64,000 bases of DNA from Chara braunii (Eukaryota > Plantae > Charophyceae): positions 6,550,439 through 6,614,438 of the forward strand of contig BFEA01000007.1 of NCBI GenBank assembly GCA_003427395.1, written 5' to 3'. The notes beneath the pieces were generated by a model, which was not told the DNA's origin, searched no databases, and saw only the letters and a program-made list of their open reading frames with translations. Positions 12,893 to 23,849 of this stretch are shown here, piece by piece. A program made the translations under genes and the position numbers. The first letter of the stretch is position 1; every line of letters begins with the position of its first letter.

Positions 12893-15800
12893 CCTTGGGT
12901 AGTAAATAATTTATCTTTAGATTATTGTTGAATAAGCACAGAAAAGTGACTAAAGGCAAGGTAAGGAGCGTCATAGTATCCTTTACAAAAACAATACTAA
13001 GCCACTTTACCAAGGGAGGTCGAATGCTTGGGTTAGTCACCCTGATCACCATACAATCACACACCATCTCTTTCTCTACCTTTTCTCATTTCCCCCCTTC
13101 AATCCTCCTCTTCCTTTTTGCGATGTCAATAGTCCTATCCAAGGACCTTCCTTATCGACTTCATCTTTCAGAGTCGGTTTCTTACTTGTGTTCCTTAGGC
13201 GACATAACGGTCGAACCTTTATTTGCAGGTGAAGTAGCACTTGCAAGCCTATTAACTAATAAAAACAAATAAGTAAGAGGTATAACGGTGCAATACATGC
13301 ATTAGTTAACACAGTATGCCTATGTGGTCAAAGAAATAATGATGCGAGCAATGCTAGACAGGAACTGTACAGAGATGAAAAAGTAACAAGAATGATTAAG
13401 CTTATCGAACATGAGAATAAATCGACCATGAGTATAAATAAAACTAGATTGAGTTGATTATTTTCCTCTCTACGCTTTGTGAGTTAAAGGTTTTTCGCTG
13501 AGTAGCTAGCCCTAAAATTTTGTTTATGTGTTCGGAATGACACCTTGCTTTAACGGCAGTTAAAGCATCCTGGTCCGTCCACGGAGCGCATTAAACCAAA
13601 GCGAGATGAGATATCAAGTGTCCACGAAAAGTAGGCACTACGATCTAATGTTCGAATTTGTTTTTACAGTCTCAACCTATTAGGAACCAATATGACAAGA
13701 GATTCAAAGTTCATTGCGAATAGACTGAAATAGAGTGAGGAGGAGATTAAGTGTCATCCTACATATAAACAATCACTGTCATTCTGGATTAAGCAATTGA
13801 TAAAAAACATGTCAGGTTAATAAATCAAACAAATGACGAACTCGGATCAAGGCAAGAGATAATATCAGAGACGATATGAAAAACTTGCATATGGGCGGTT
13901 TGAAGCATATGAATGTAATATTACCAAACTTGTCCTCCGTTGGGAATGACAATGTTGCCTCTAGTCTAATGAGAATACAAACTAGTACCATATCGTTAAT
14001 TCGACGCTAACATAAAAGTTAAATTGATGACTTGGAGAAATGAGGAAGTAAACGTAAACGTAGACGTAGACGTAGACATCACACGATGTGTTTGTACAAC
14101 ATGACTTCATAAACATAGAGAATTACGAGTCACCTCGTAGTTATGACGTCTCTAATACTACATCTCGATGATTATCATGCCTACCTTTTCTAAGGGTTTT
14201 CTCCTTTCACCTTCGCATCCCCAATTTCACTTTCCTCTACTAACTCGCTTCACATTGGGTCATAAGACATAAGAGGCTGAGACAACAATACTACGTGAAA
14301 TATATATGAAGGTTAGGCAAGTATCAAGTTCCCCTTAGAATATAACAATGATTACTCCCACAGATTACGCTACAACTTTCTACGAACACTACCTGAAATG
14401 ACTATCACCATTTTACATTGTTATCAATCACTCTAACTGTATTAGAGTCTATGATAGAGGTACCTCTAAAATATTTGTCAAACTCCTGCTATGGATTTCA
14501 CAAGGGTTGGGAACTCACGCTCAAACTAACCTTTGTTACTATATGAGGGCGCCACAAGCAACTCCCTCACAATTTCTTTCTAAAATAATTTTATGACTAA
14601 GTATCTTTGATTTCGTACTAGAAGTAGCTCAAAACCAAGATTAGGATAAGATCATGACTAAGTTTCTGTCTCAAACTAGTCGCAACGACCCCTATTAAAG
14701 AATCGGGGTCGAAAAAATCACGCGCTAGGACCTATAAACTTTGTAATATCCAACTATTATTGGTGTCTCAATTATTGACATATTGAAGACGAAGTGAATC
14801 CCTTACATTCTAACGTAGTAGGTAATACATTGACTAGACAGTTCTGCTGCACAAGGAACAAAAAGTTTGTCATAACCTTACAACTTATACCCAACTATGG
14901 TGATATAAACAAGGAACGCAATATGGAAGCAAGGTTGACTTAAGTCAATGTACACTAGCTAGAGATAAATATAATAGTTAGTCACACATTTATCTCTCAT
15001 TTGATCCTCGAAGAGATTCGATGTAGTCGTTAACCTCTCAATGACTTAAGCCGATAGAAGTGGTCACACCGACAAATGTCCCGAGTACCTAAACCGAAGG
15101 AAGGATCTTAACACACATAGGCACCTCCCTCAAATCGTTAACCCAACTTTTAACTACTATACAAAAGTATTACACTCACTGCTTGTATTTTTTTATATAC
15201 CCTTATAACTGTCTTATACCCTGATTCTTTTATTAGGACATCATAGGCAGTCGGTGTCTCGGACAATGCGATATCTGTTTGCATTATAGACATGACTCTA
15301 CTTTCCTGCATCTAACATTTTTAATGTTTAATCGAAGGTAATCCAATTTTTTATGTCACATGCTATATTAGTTTATCTGAAGGTTGTCGTTTTGTCGTGA
15401 TCATCGTTTTACCAAACCCGAGTTCGTTCACTGAGGACCTCGGCTGGAAAGCGAGATCCCTGGAAACGATGCCACCTATCGCGCGCGGCGGTCCCTCACC
15501 CTGCTGGGAGCGCTGAACCTCACGGTCAAGTCACGCATGATTTTTCTTCAGAATTTATAAAAGAATCAGTCACCACTCCGACCGTGCACGTGTGTTATAC
15601 CTCTCACGACAGGTCGGGGTGCCGCGAGGTACAACTCACCTCTACTCGAGGGGTTGTCACCACCCTCAGGTAGGCGTATCCCTGCTGAGCTACCGACCCG
15701 CATGCGAAGGCTTTTACATGTCTTTGTAGAGGTAGGTTGGCCGAGGGTGTTTGCTCGATCGCCGTAGCATAGGTATACAAGCGGTTGAACGCCTAAGATT

Positions 15801-17356
15801 GACCCGTTTACGTATCGGGCATCGGGGCGCTGATATCCCGAACCGACTTACAATTCAGGTCGACTCGATTGACGATCTTTCTCACAAGCAATACTCTAAC
15901 CTTTTTGCACTCGATCAATAAATTATATATGCTTATATTAAATTCTTTCAAATCGATACAAACACTTTTCAAAAATTAAGACCTCACAACAAGGAGATGT
16001 CTTTTACAGTTTTACACAAACAGAGGCAAACATCAGAATGAACAGAGCTCTAACTTTTAAAGAGAAACAATCAATAGGCTTTTGGCCTTTCAAACAGACA
16101 TCACAGAACAAAAGTAGACTCATGACCTTTCAAAAAAAATGACATGAATAACACTCTCTGGCCTTGCCAATTATCCTAATCTATATAGCATCAAGAATGA
16201 GTAGAGTCAAAAAATTCAAACCAAATATACAAAGGTTAGCTGTTGACGAAATTTCTGAGTCGAGGCTCAGGTAAGCATAAGTTCAGCAATGCGAGTTGCG
16301 TGAATATGACGTGGCTGGTCGTTTTAATGACCTGCAGACATAATCAATCATATTAGACAGTCCTAGCAGAGTCAACCATTCATTCACTGCCACACACATT
16401 ACACCTACGCTTCCAAACCTTTCAACCAGACATTCCCTTTTTGACTTAGTCATTCAAGGACCTCTTTTGATCAAACACAGACCCTTGAGACAAAAACCCG
16501 AAAATGAGAAATGTCATTAAGTGCAGAGGTAGATGCAAAGTGTGGGTGTTAAGGGTGAGTGAGGATTGAGTTGGCGAACCATCCTTTTACCATAAGGCAA
16601 CAACATGTAGTCTTCTATAGACTCATAATGAGTTTTTTTTATTAAGATGACCTGCAATCACACACAGGTAATGTATTTTTTATGAATAATTAGAAAGGAA
16701 GAGTCTCGATAATAAATTAAAAAACAACAACAAACTTCGACCGTCTAATAGTAAACGGTATCGAAGGAAAGCAAAACATGCTCGGGAACAATCAAGGTAC
16801 GTATGATTGGTCTACATGGTGCGCTGAAAATACTCAGGCACTTATGTGAAGCAAATTAAGTGTTATTGGGAGCGGGGGGTCATACTATGTGTTTCGAATG
16901 AATATTGGAGAGGGAACCAATCCGATAAGAATGAATAAAGCTGACAATAAACCTAGTTTTTTTCCCAAGGCACTCGTGCTATCCCGAATGACCTCCTCTT
17001 GCCTAGACCCGTTCCAAAAAGTCATGTTCTCTACCCCCTTTGCTCCTCTCTCATCACAGTCGCCCAAGCAAAAGAGGAGAAGAAATGTGAGGCCATAAAC
17101 GGTTTGACAATCCTCCTATCCTAATGACGTATTTGCGAATGCTCTAGTCAATTTTTCAAAGAAGTTCGGGGGGATATGGCGACAGTGGGTGCCAGTACTG
17201 ACCAACTGGGATAGGGGTTGTCGGTCCAAGGGCCTATGAAGGGTGACCTTGTTTGGGTGGACGGTGCTGGTACCCGTCGATTTTTTGGTTGAACAGTGTC
17301 GACTCGACGTAGTGACCTATGAGATTAAATAAGGGAAAGTTTTTTGATACGAGATC

Positions 17357-17655
17357 GATGTCACGGGTAAAACAACACTGATCCCCAAGATTGATCGGAC
17401 GAGCGATGGTGAGACAATTGGGTTCAAATGGTTTCGGAGGCAATTTCCAGTTCGTCTTGCTTTTGCTGTAACGATTAATAAGTCGCAAGGACAAACCGTA
17501 TCGTGTGCTGGGGTTTGGCTACGCAAACCGGTTTTTGCGCATGGCCAACTGTACGTTGCTTTGTCGTGTGTTGGTCATCCCAACAACATCTGTGTTGCGT
17601 TGCCTGATAAGACTTTTTAACGAAAAATATTGTATATCATGAACTTTTGGGATGA
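17357..17655 (+). pseudogene. Helitron RepHel, PIF1-family helicase C-terminal fragment (frameshifted)
   Basis: Manual translation GKTTLIPKI...FKWFRRQFPVRLAFAVTINKSQGQTV...VWLRKPVFAHGQLYVALSCV, then after a frameshift TKNIVYHELLG*: PIF1 motifs V/VI and the typical Helitron C-terminus. Absent from the ORF track. Confidence 0.92.
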
Positions 17656-17733
17656 GTCCTTTTTTTTTTTTTTCATCGAGCCTTGGCATTCCTAATAATT
17701 CTGTCATTTTCTTTCTTTGCTGACGACTTCCAA

Positions 17734-19410
17734 ATGCCGCATAAGTACGACACTCGTGCTAAGAAGAAAGCAATAGAAAACAACAATACCACTCAATATG
17801 ATACGAATGTTACGTGAAAAGTTGGAGCCGAATATTCGGAGAGGTCGAAGAAAAGTGCAAATGATGAGAGGTCGGTGAATCTTGGAAGTGAACATCCTCG
17901 GGACGATCATCATGTTCTTGGTGAGGTTGAACGTCGATGTTCGCAAGGGAATACCCTTGATGATGCTGAGAACATGGTTGTGGAGGGGGGTGGTGACAAT
18001 TGTCTTGCTGCTGGGGATGGTTCGCGTAGAGGTCAGTTGGGTAAGCCTATTAACCTTACATTTGCAGATGATGAGGATGATAACATTACGAGTGATTCGA
18101 AAGAAAACTATGTTGAATCTACTTTCAAGAGGAAAAAGAGTCGTGATGCGAAAACTAACCTTTTGGATTCCTCCGAAGTGTCGGAGCCTACCCTGGCTGA
18201 CAATCAGGTGGGACGACAACCTGTTGTTGATGAAACGAGAACTCAGATTGTGAAAGCGTTGAATGCGCTCCCTGATGGTGCACTTTCATCTCTTCTGTTT
18301 TGTGCACCGCTCACTGGACGTGCACGTGTTCATGATTCATCTTCGCAATCTCAACGCAGTGGACGCGAAAGACATGTTTGCGCTACATTGCAACCACAAA
18401 ATCCTCTGGGGGTTATTGTGGTGCCCGATGATAACGATACACCCACAATTCGCACTCTGAATCCGTGCGCTTACCTTGCTACATGGTTTGACGATGTGAA
18501 GAAGGTTGACATCGAAAATGTCTTGACTGAGGTGTTTTTTGAAATGTTTGTAAAAAGTGTCATAGTCGTAAAAGATTGACAAATATGGAAAAACTTCCAG
18601 GAGTGGAAAAAAAACAAACTCACTGCTATGCGGTTGAAACGACGATTCCCTCTTCCTTCAGACCCGTTAAATGTTTCGGATTTGGAGACTCTTTCCATGT
18701 CGCAATCACTTTTGAACGATGAATTTATTGCTCTGTCTAATGAGAAGATTACTAGGATGACATTTGATTTGCCGCATTGTCCGACAGAAGGGACCATTCC
18801 CCAAACCTTTCACAAATATGCACGGATACAGCAGCTTCTCAAAATGATTCCTCCCGTGGTTGCTTCTTCCACTCTTCATTCCACTCCGATCCATAGACTC
18901 CCCCTTCAAGCAGCATCATATCCAAATTTTGGACGTTTTGCGGATTATGCTTCACCCTCCAATATGTCAACGCCGATTGTCACTACTTCTATTGTTGTTT
19001 CTGCTTTGCCGGCCGCTACGGCTTCTCCGTCTCTTGTCAGTTGTGTTGTGCCCGCTCATACGCCATCAAGAAAACATATGCATGTCCATACAAAACTATT
19101 GGAACAATTAAGTTCTTCTATTTTTAACATTATCATGTACGACTATATTGAATATATTGGTCCCAAAAAAATACTTGCACACCTGTTCTATCTTGACAGT
19201 TCTCATAGGGTGCAAGATATTGTGGAAGCAGCAGCGAAATTGAATACGAATATGAACACTTGGAGATGTGTGGATGCTGCAATTCATCTCGATTACAATC
19301 AACAAAGACAGGCTCGATTCGGAACTTTAAAGGAGTATCGTCGCAAAGTGTTACAACGAGTTTCTGTTTGTGAGGTATTGCAAGACCATCGTTCCAGTGA
19401 AGGAAGTTGA
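17734..19410 (+). pseudogene. Helitron-borne 558-codon frame of unknown function, interrupted by two TGA codons
   Basis: ATG 17734 is in frame with track ORFs 17875-18579 and 18628-19410; the only stops are TGA 17815-17817 and TGA 18577-18579. Confidence 0.7.
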
Positions 19411-19568
19411 TTGGTCTTAGAAGAGAGATAGGAAAAAAAAAATGTTGATTGAGTGGTTGTCGAGGCGTTGCCTTAATGATAATTTTTTAGATGGTCGTCT
19501 TCGGTTTCAGTTACGTAATTATCCCTACAAGAGAGATGGGAAGGGAAAAATAAATAAATAAGGGGGGA

Positions 19569-19616
<48 letters not shown>

Positions 19617-20598
19617 AAACACATAGATAGAGAGAGAGAGATAGAGAAAAAAAAAAAAAAAAAAAATAATTTTGACGTAATATTATTCCGCTTTTTTAAG
19701 TCAATATTGATTCGACTACGCAATAATCGTGCCTCGATCATACTGCGGCCACTTGCTTACTTAAATGAAACAAAAAATCTTCATATCAAACTTTTTTTCT
19801 TTTTTGACTCATGTTCATTTCTTTTTGTTTTTTGCTTTTTCGTTGCGCCTCTCTCTCTTTTTTTTTTTTTTTTTTTTTTTNNNNNNNNNNNNNNNNNNNN
19901 NNNNNNNNNNNNNNNNNNNNNNNNNNNNNNNNNNNNNNNNNNNNNNNNNNNNNNNNNNNNNNNNNNNNNNNNNNNNNNNNNNNNNNNNNNNNNNNNNNNN
20001 NNNNNNNNNNNNNNNNNNNNNNNNNNNNNNNNNNNNNNTGTCTCTCCTTGCCCTTTCTCTTACTTTTTTTTCCCCCCTATTTGTTATTTTTTTAATTCAT
20101 GAATTAAAGTTAGACTTCGTAGACTGTTACTCTTATTTCTGCGAGCGTGGCCCGCACCGCCTGCATTGCGGGCGCTTAGCTAGTTATTATTATTATTATC
20201 ATTATTATTTATCGATTCATTCATATACCTTTTGTTCAGACCTGACTGCTAACGCAATCAGGTATATGCACGCGGAACCCCGTGCCTAACTAGAATCATG
20301 GACGGCTTCATTCACGCTGGCCTAGAGCAAGTGTAACTGCACGCAGGTCATCTAGGCAGAAAGACGTGAGGTGAAAATGAAAAGGTAGAGAGAAGAAAAG
20401 ACGAAAGAAGGCAGAAATGATAATGAAGAAAGGAATAAGGAGAATGGATGGGGGGGATGAGAAAAAATATTAAAAATAAAGACACGAAATGAAAAACGAC
20501 GTCGTCTGTTTTCTCATTCTCATTCTATAAGCCCTTGTTTGTACTGCCCTCAACTGCCTTGTATCTAATTATTGTATGAATATAGAATAGTGGTTCAG

Positions 20599-21011
20599 AA
20601 CGAGTCGTAGGATAAGGCTCATGTGTGAGGAACATCCTGTTACTCGTTTGTATATATCTACGTATTTTATAATATTAGGTTGACAGACTAGAAGTGTGGT
20701 ACCCCCGTGTGGTTTATTTCACGGTCTGTCTATTAGACTCAAAACAAGTGGTAGGATACTCATGTCTAAGTCATCCTACTACTCGTTGAATCCATACAGA
20801 CTAGTAGGTATGAGATGAAGACTCCTGTGAGGGTATTCTTACTTCATGCTTACATTTGAGCGGACTATAATATAGTCCTCCGTTAGAATTGAAATTCATA
20901 TTGTTGAACTTCATATAGGCCATGTCGATAGTGAGGGAGGCCTACATTTTTTTTTTCATACTCATCTCAACCGGTTTTGAACATTATCTCATGTTCATAT
21001 TTCGAGGGATA
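20599..21011. repeat. Array of imperfect hairpins at about 60-bp spacing
   Basis: Stems at 20599-20648, 20682-20730, 20743-20787, 20804-20853, 20862-20878 and 20916-20944; most loops contain CATGT, CGTGT or CCTGT. Confidence 0.6.
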
Positions 21012-21749
21012 CTCACCTAGTTGTTTTTTAAGAATAAGCATAATAATATAAGAATGAACACACAAAACCATACAATATTGAAAAACGAAATTTAACAAAT
21101 GTTAGTAACTAAGGATTAATATCATCTTCATAATCATGAACACGTAGAACACGAGATCACATACCAACAAACCACTAAGGCAACTTTTATTTGTATACAT
21201 CAACAATATTTTCTTCCAATTCCATGGGTAGTTCTCAAAAAAACAAATGTCAAAAAAAAAAAAAAAAAAAAAAAAGGAAAGAGAGAGAAACGACTTAAAT
21301 AAGAGAGAGNNNNNNNNNNNNNNNNNNNNNNNNNNNNNNNNNNNNNNNNNNNNNNNNNNNNNNNNNNNNNNNNNNNNNNNNNNNNNNNNNNNNNNNNNNN
21401 NNNNNNNNNNNNNNNNNNNNNNNNNNNNNNNNNNNNNNNNNNNNNNNNNNNNNNAGAGAGAGAGACATGATTTAAATAAGATAGAGAAAAGACAGAATTC
21501 AAGAGTCTTATCATAAAACACTTTCAAGTGTCATCATCATTAATGAAATACAAACAATGTGAAATCACGCGTTCTTCCCACCATTCCACTCCACCTCCTC
21601 GTTATCCCTCTCACTCTACCCACTCCCACTCCTGCATCATTCTGTTCACGAAGCTCCACTCATCTACCTATCTAACAACACATGAAACGATGCGCTTACA
21701 ATCAGAACAACGAACAATAATTTTTTTTCTTCTATTTATAACTTCTTTC

Positions 21750-23337
21750 TCCCTTTGCAACTATCGTCATCCCTGCACCCTACATCCTTTGCCTCCTTCC
21801 TCTCTGGCCTCCTCTTTCACTCTTGTTACTTTTATTTCTTTGAATGGTGAATTCAACAATCATGAAATACTACCCTATTTATCTCCCTCCACCAATTCGC
21901 GAAGTCGCTTCCTCCTTTCTTCCATCGCAAATTCATCGTCCTCATTGACCTAACTATGTTCATCGGGATAAATGTTTGTGTTCCCATCACATTTCAATTT
22001 AACAACCGAGAGTTCATTTATCCTTGTAAAGTTCAATCGTGGCCAATATGTTCAACGACATCTAGGACATTGACGATTCAAAGATTCCACCAATGCAATC
22101 ACAGTCTCATTGAGCCTTTTTTATGTTCTTTGTTCATGCTCGCAAGAACATTCTACTCCTTCTTCACAATGCTTAACTCCTCCGTAAATCGTTTTGGTGA
22201 ATGAGCCAGCACGACGTCACCAAGCAATTTCCTAAGTTGGTACACCTGCTCATTGTCACGTTGAGCCCAATAAAACCTGGATCGGTAATCCCACCAATCA
22301 CCGAATTTGTTCACAAAAACGGCATCCATCAACTTTTCGCATGCCTCCTTATACAATTGGTCAAGATTGACCATCGTTGCCCTCATCTGGTTGTCGCTCA
22401 CAGGAAACTGAATGACATTTTGCACCTCCAACATTGCATTTCTGTGAGTCGGCTCAGAACCAACCGTTCGAAGTGAATGTAACATCGCAATCAGATCGGT
22501 TTTCAGAAGAGCCTCCAAACTTTCAGTCAATCGAAAATCGAAGACTACATTTCGAGAAGATAGATCTTCCCACACCAGCCCATGACAGGACAACAATCTC
22601 CTCACTGCACATTCCGCCTTTTCAAGTCGCCGACGCGAACCATCACACTCTTCAAGCAGGTGGGGATGAACTTGGGTGTTATACTTAACAATCTCATCAA
22701 TCAAATCATCTCGAATCTTCCACCTCATCCGATAACGAATCCGCATCTCCATGCTCATGTTAACGTTTGGCTCCTCTTTGACATGCAAAGTATCGGGCAC
22801 AGAGGAATCTCTCACCTCATCGTTTTGTTCCTCTTTAAGGAATTTTTCGATGACTGACTTTGCGTTGAGCTCAATGTTGGCAAACGCACTCTTAACTGCA
22901 TCCAGTTCCACTTCCTTCCTCTTCAACATATCCAACAACTCATCCTGAGTCCGACGAAGTCCTTGGTTGTTTGTAACGAACCTACCAAATACTTCCCTCA
23001 AGGCATGATCATTTGGAACCTTACCCACCACACCATACCGCACCACAACATTCGATTGATGGCGACGTTGTTCTATATCATGCATCTCCCTCGCCATGGT
23101 ATACTCATACTGTTCACAATCTTGGACGTATTTATGCATTCTGCAATCATCATCGTAGAGGTAATGATCGTACGAAACATCTAGATCATCCGCTTCATCG
23201 ATATGCATCGGTACATCGGAGCGTGATGATCCCGCACCCGCTCTCCGACCATGTGTCTCGACCACGGCGTTATGTTGAGCAGACGCTTGACCATATGCGC
23301 CGACTGCCACGAAGAACAAAGAATATGTCAAGTCCAA
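21750..23337 (-). pseudogene. Decayed intronless ORF of unknown function (394-aa open part at 22153-23337), probably TE-borne
   Basis: Complex, helical-looking protein sequence; beyond TAG 22153 the frame continues with a frameshift and further stops (KLNETVIALVESLNRQCPRCR*TYWPRLNF...EERRKRLRELVEGDK*). Left limit approximate. Confidence 0.6.
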
Positions 23338-23479
23338 ATTAGATGACTTTCCGCATGGGGCGTCTGTGGGTCAGCTCCAGGTCAACGTCCGCCGATAATT
23401 GTCGGCATGGAGCAGACGCTTGACCATCTACGCCGACCATCTGTGTCCTTGCCTGCCGGGGCGTCTGTGGGTCAAGGTC

Positions 23480-23817
23480 AGGTCAACGCCTTCCTGTCTG
23501 CCTCTCTGCCTGCCTGTCTATCTGCCTGCCTGCACGTCTGTCTGTTTGTCTGCCCGTCTACCTGGGCCCCGACAACGGCTGAGTCCGAAACCAAACGCTT
23601 AACATTCAGGCCCAGTCTGCGCCTATGTACGGGTTCAGGCCTGGGCTTTGAATTTAGGGGGGGGGGGGGGGAACTAGCAAGAAAAAGGATCCAAGCCTAT
23701 ACCTGGACCCGACCAGCGGCTTAGGCCTGCGCCTGGACCGAACACCCAGTCTGGGCCTATGCACAACCTTACCTTTGAAAGGGAAAAAAAAAAAAAAAAA
23801 AAAGGAAAAAAAAGAGA

Positions 23818-23849
<32 letters not shown>

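Larger units (their letters stand above)
8014..16700 (-). mobile_element. Long non-coding internal region of an LTR-like element (no gag/pol recognised; right limit approximate)
   Basis: Abuts the PPT/LTR junction at 8013; ORF-poor; contains tandem repeats and hairpins; 15530-15870 is an inverted, diverged paralog of 63200-63570. Confidence 0.45.
17357..20183 (+). mobile_element. Helitron, 3' part (5' end not located)
   Basis: Helicase remnant plus canonical 3' end: hairpin GCCCGCA-10nt-TGCGGGC (20150-20173), CTAG (20180-20183), followed by T. An N-gap at 19881-20038 lies inside. Confidence 0.8.

Noticed and set aside
16800-17350. Further helicase motifs upstream (NIGEG, FGG)
   Set aside because: Too degenerate and out of the expected order to assign.
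20268-20293. Second Helitron-like end GCACG..CGTGC CTAACTAG
   Set aside because: Followed by A rather than T, with no supporting body.
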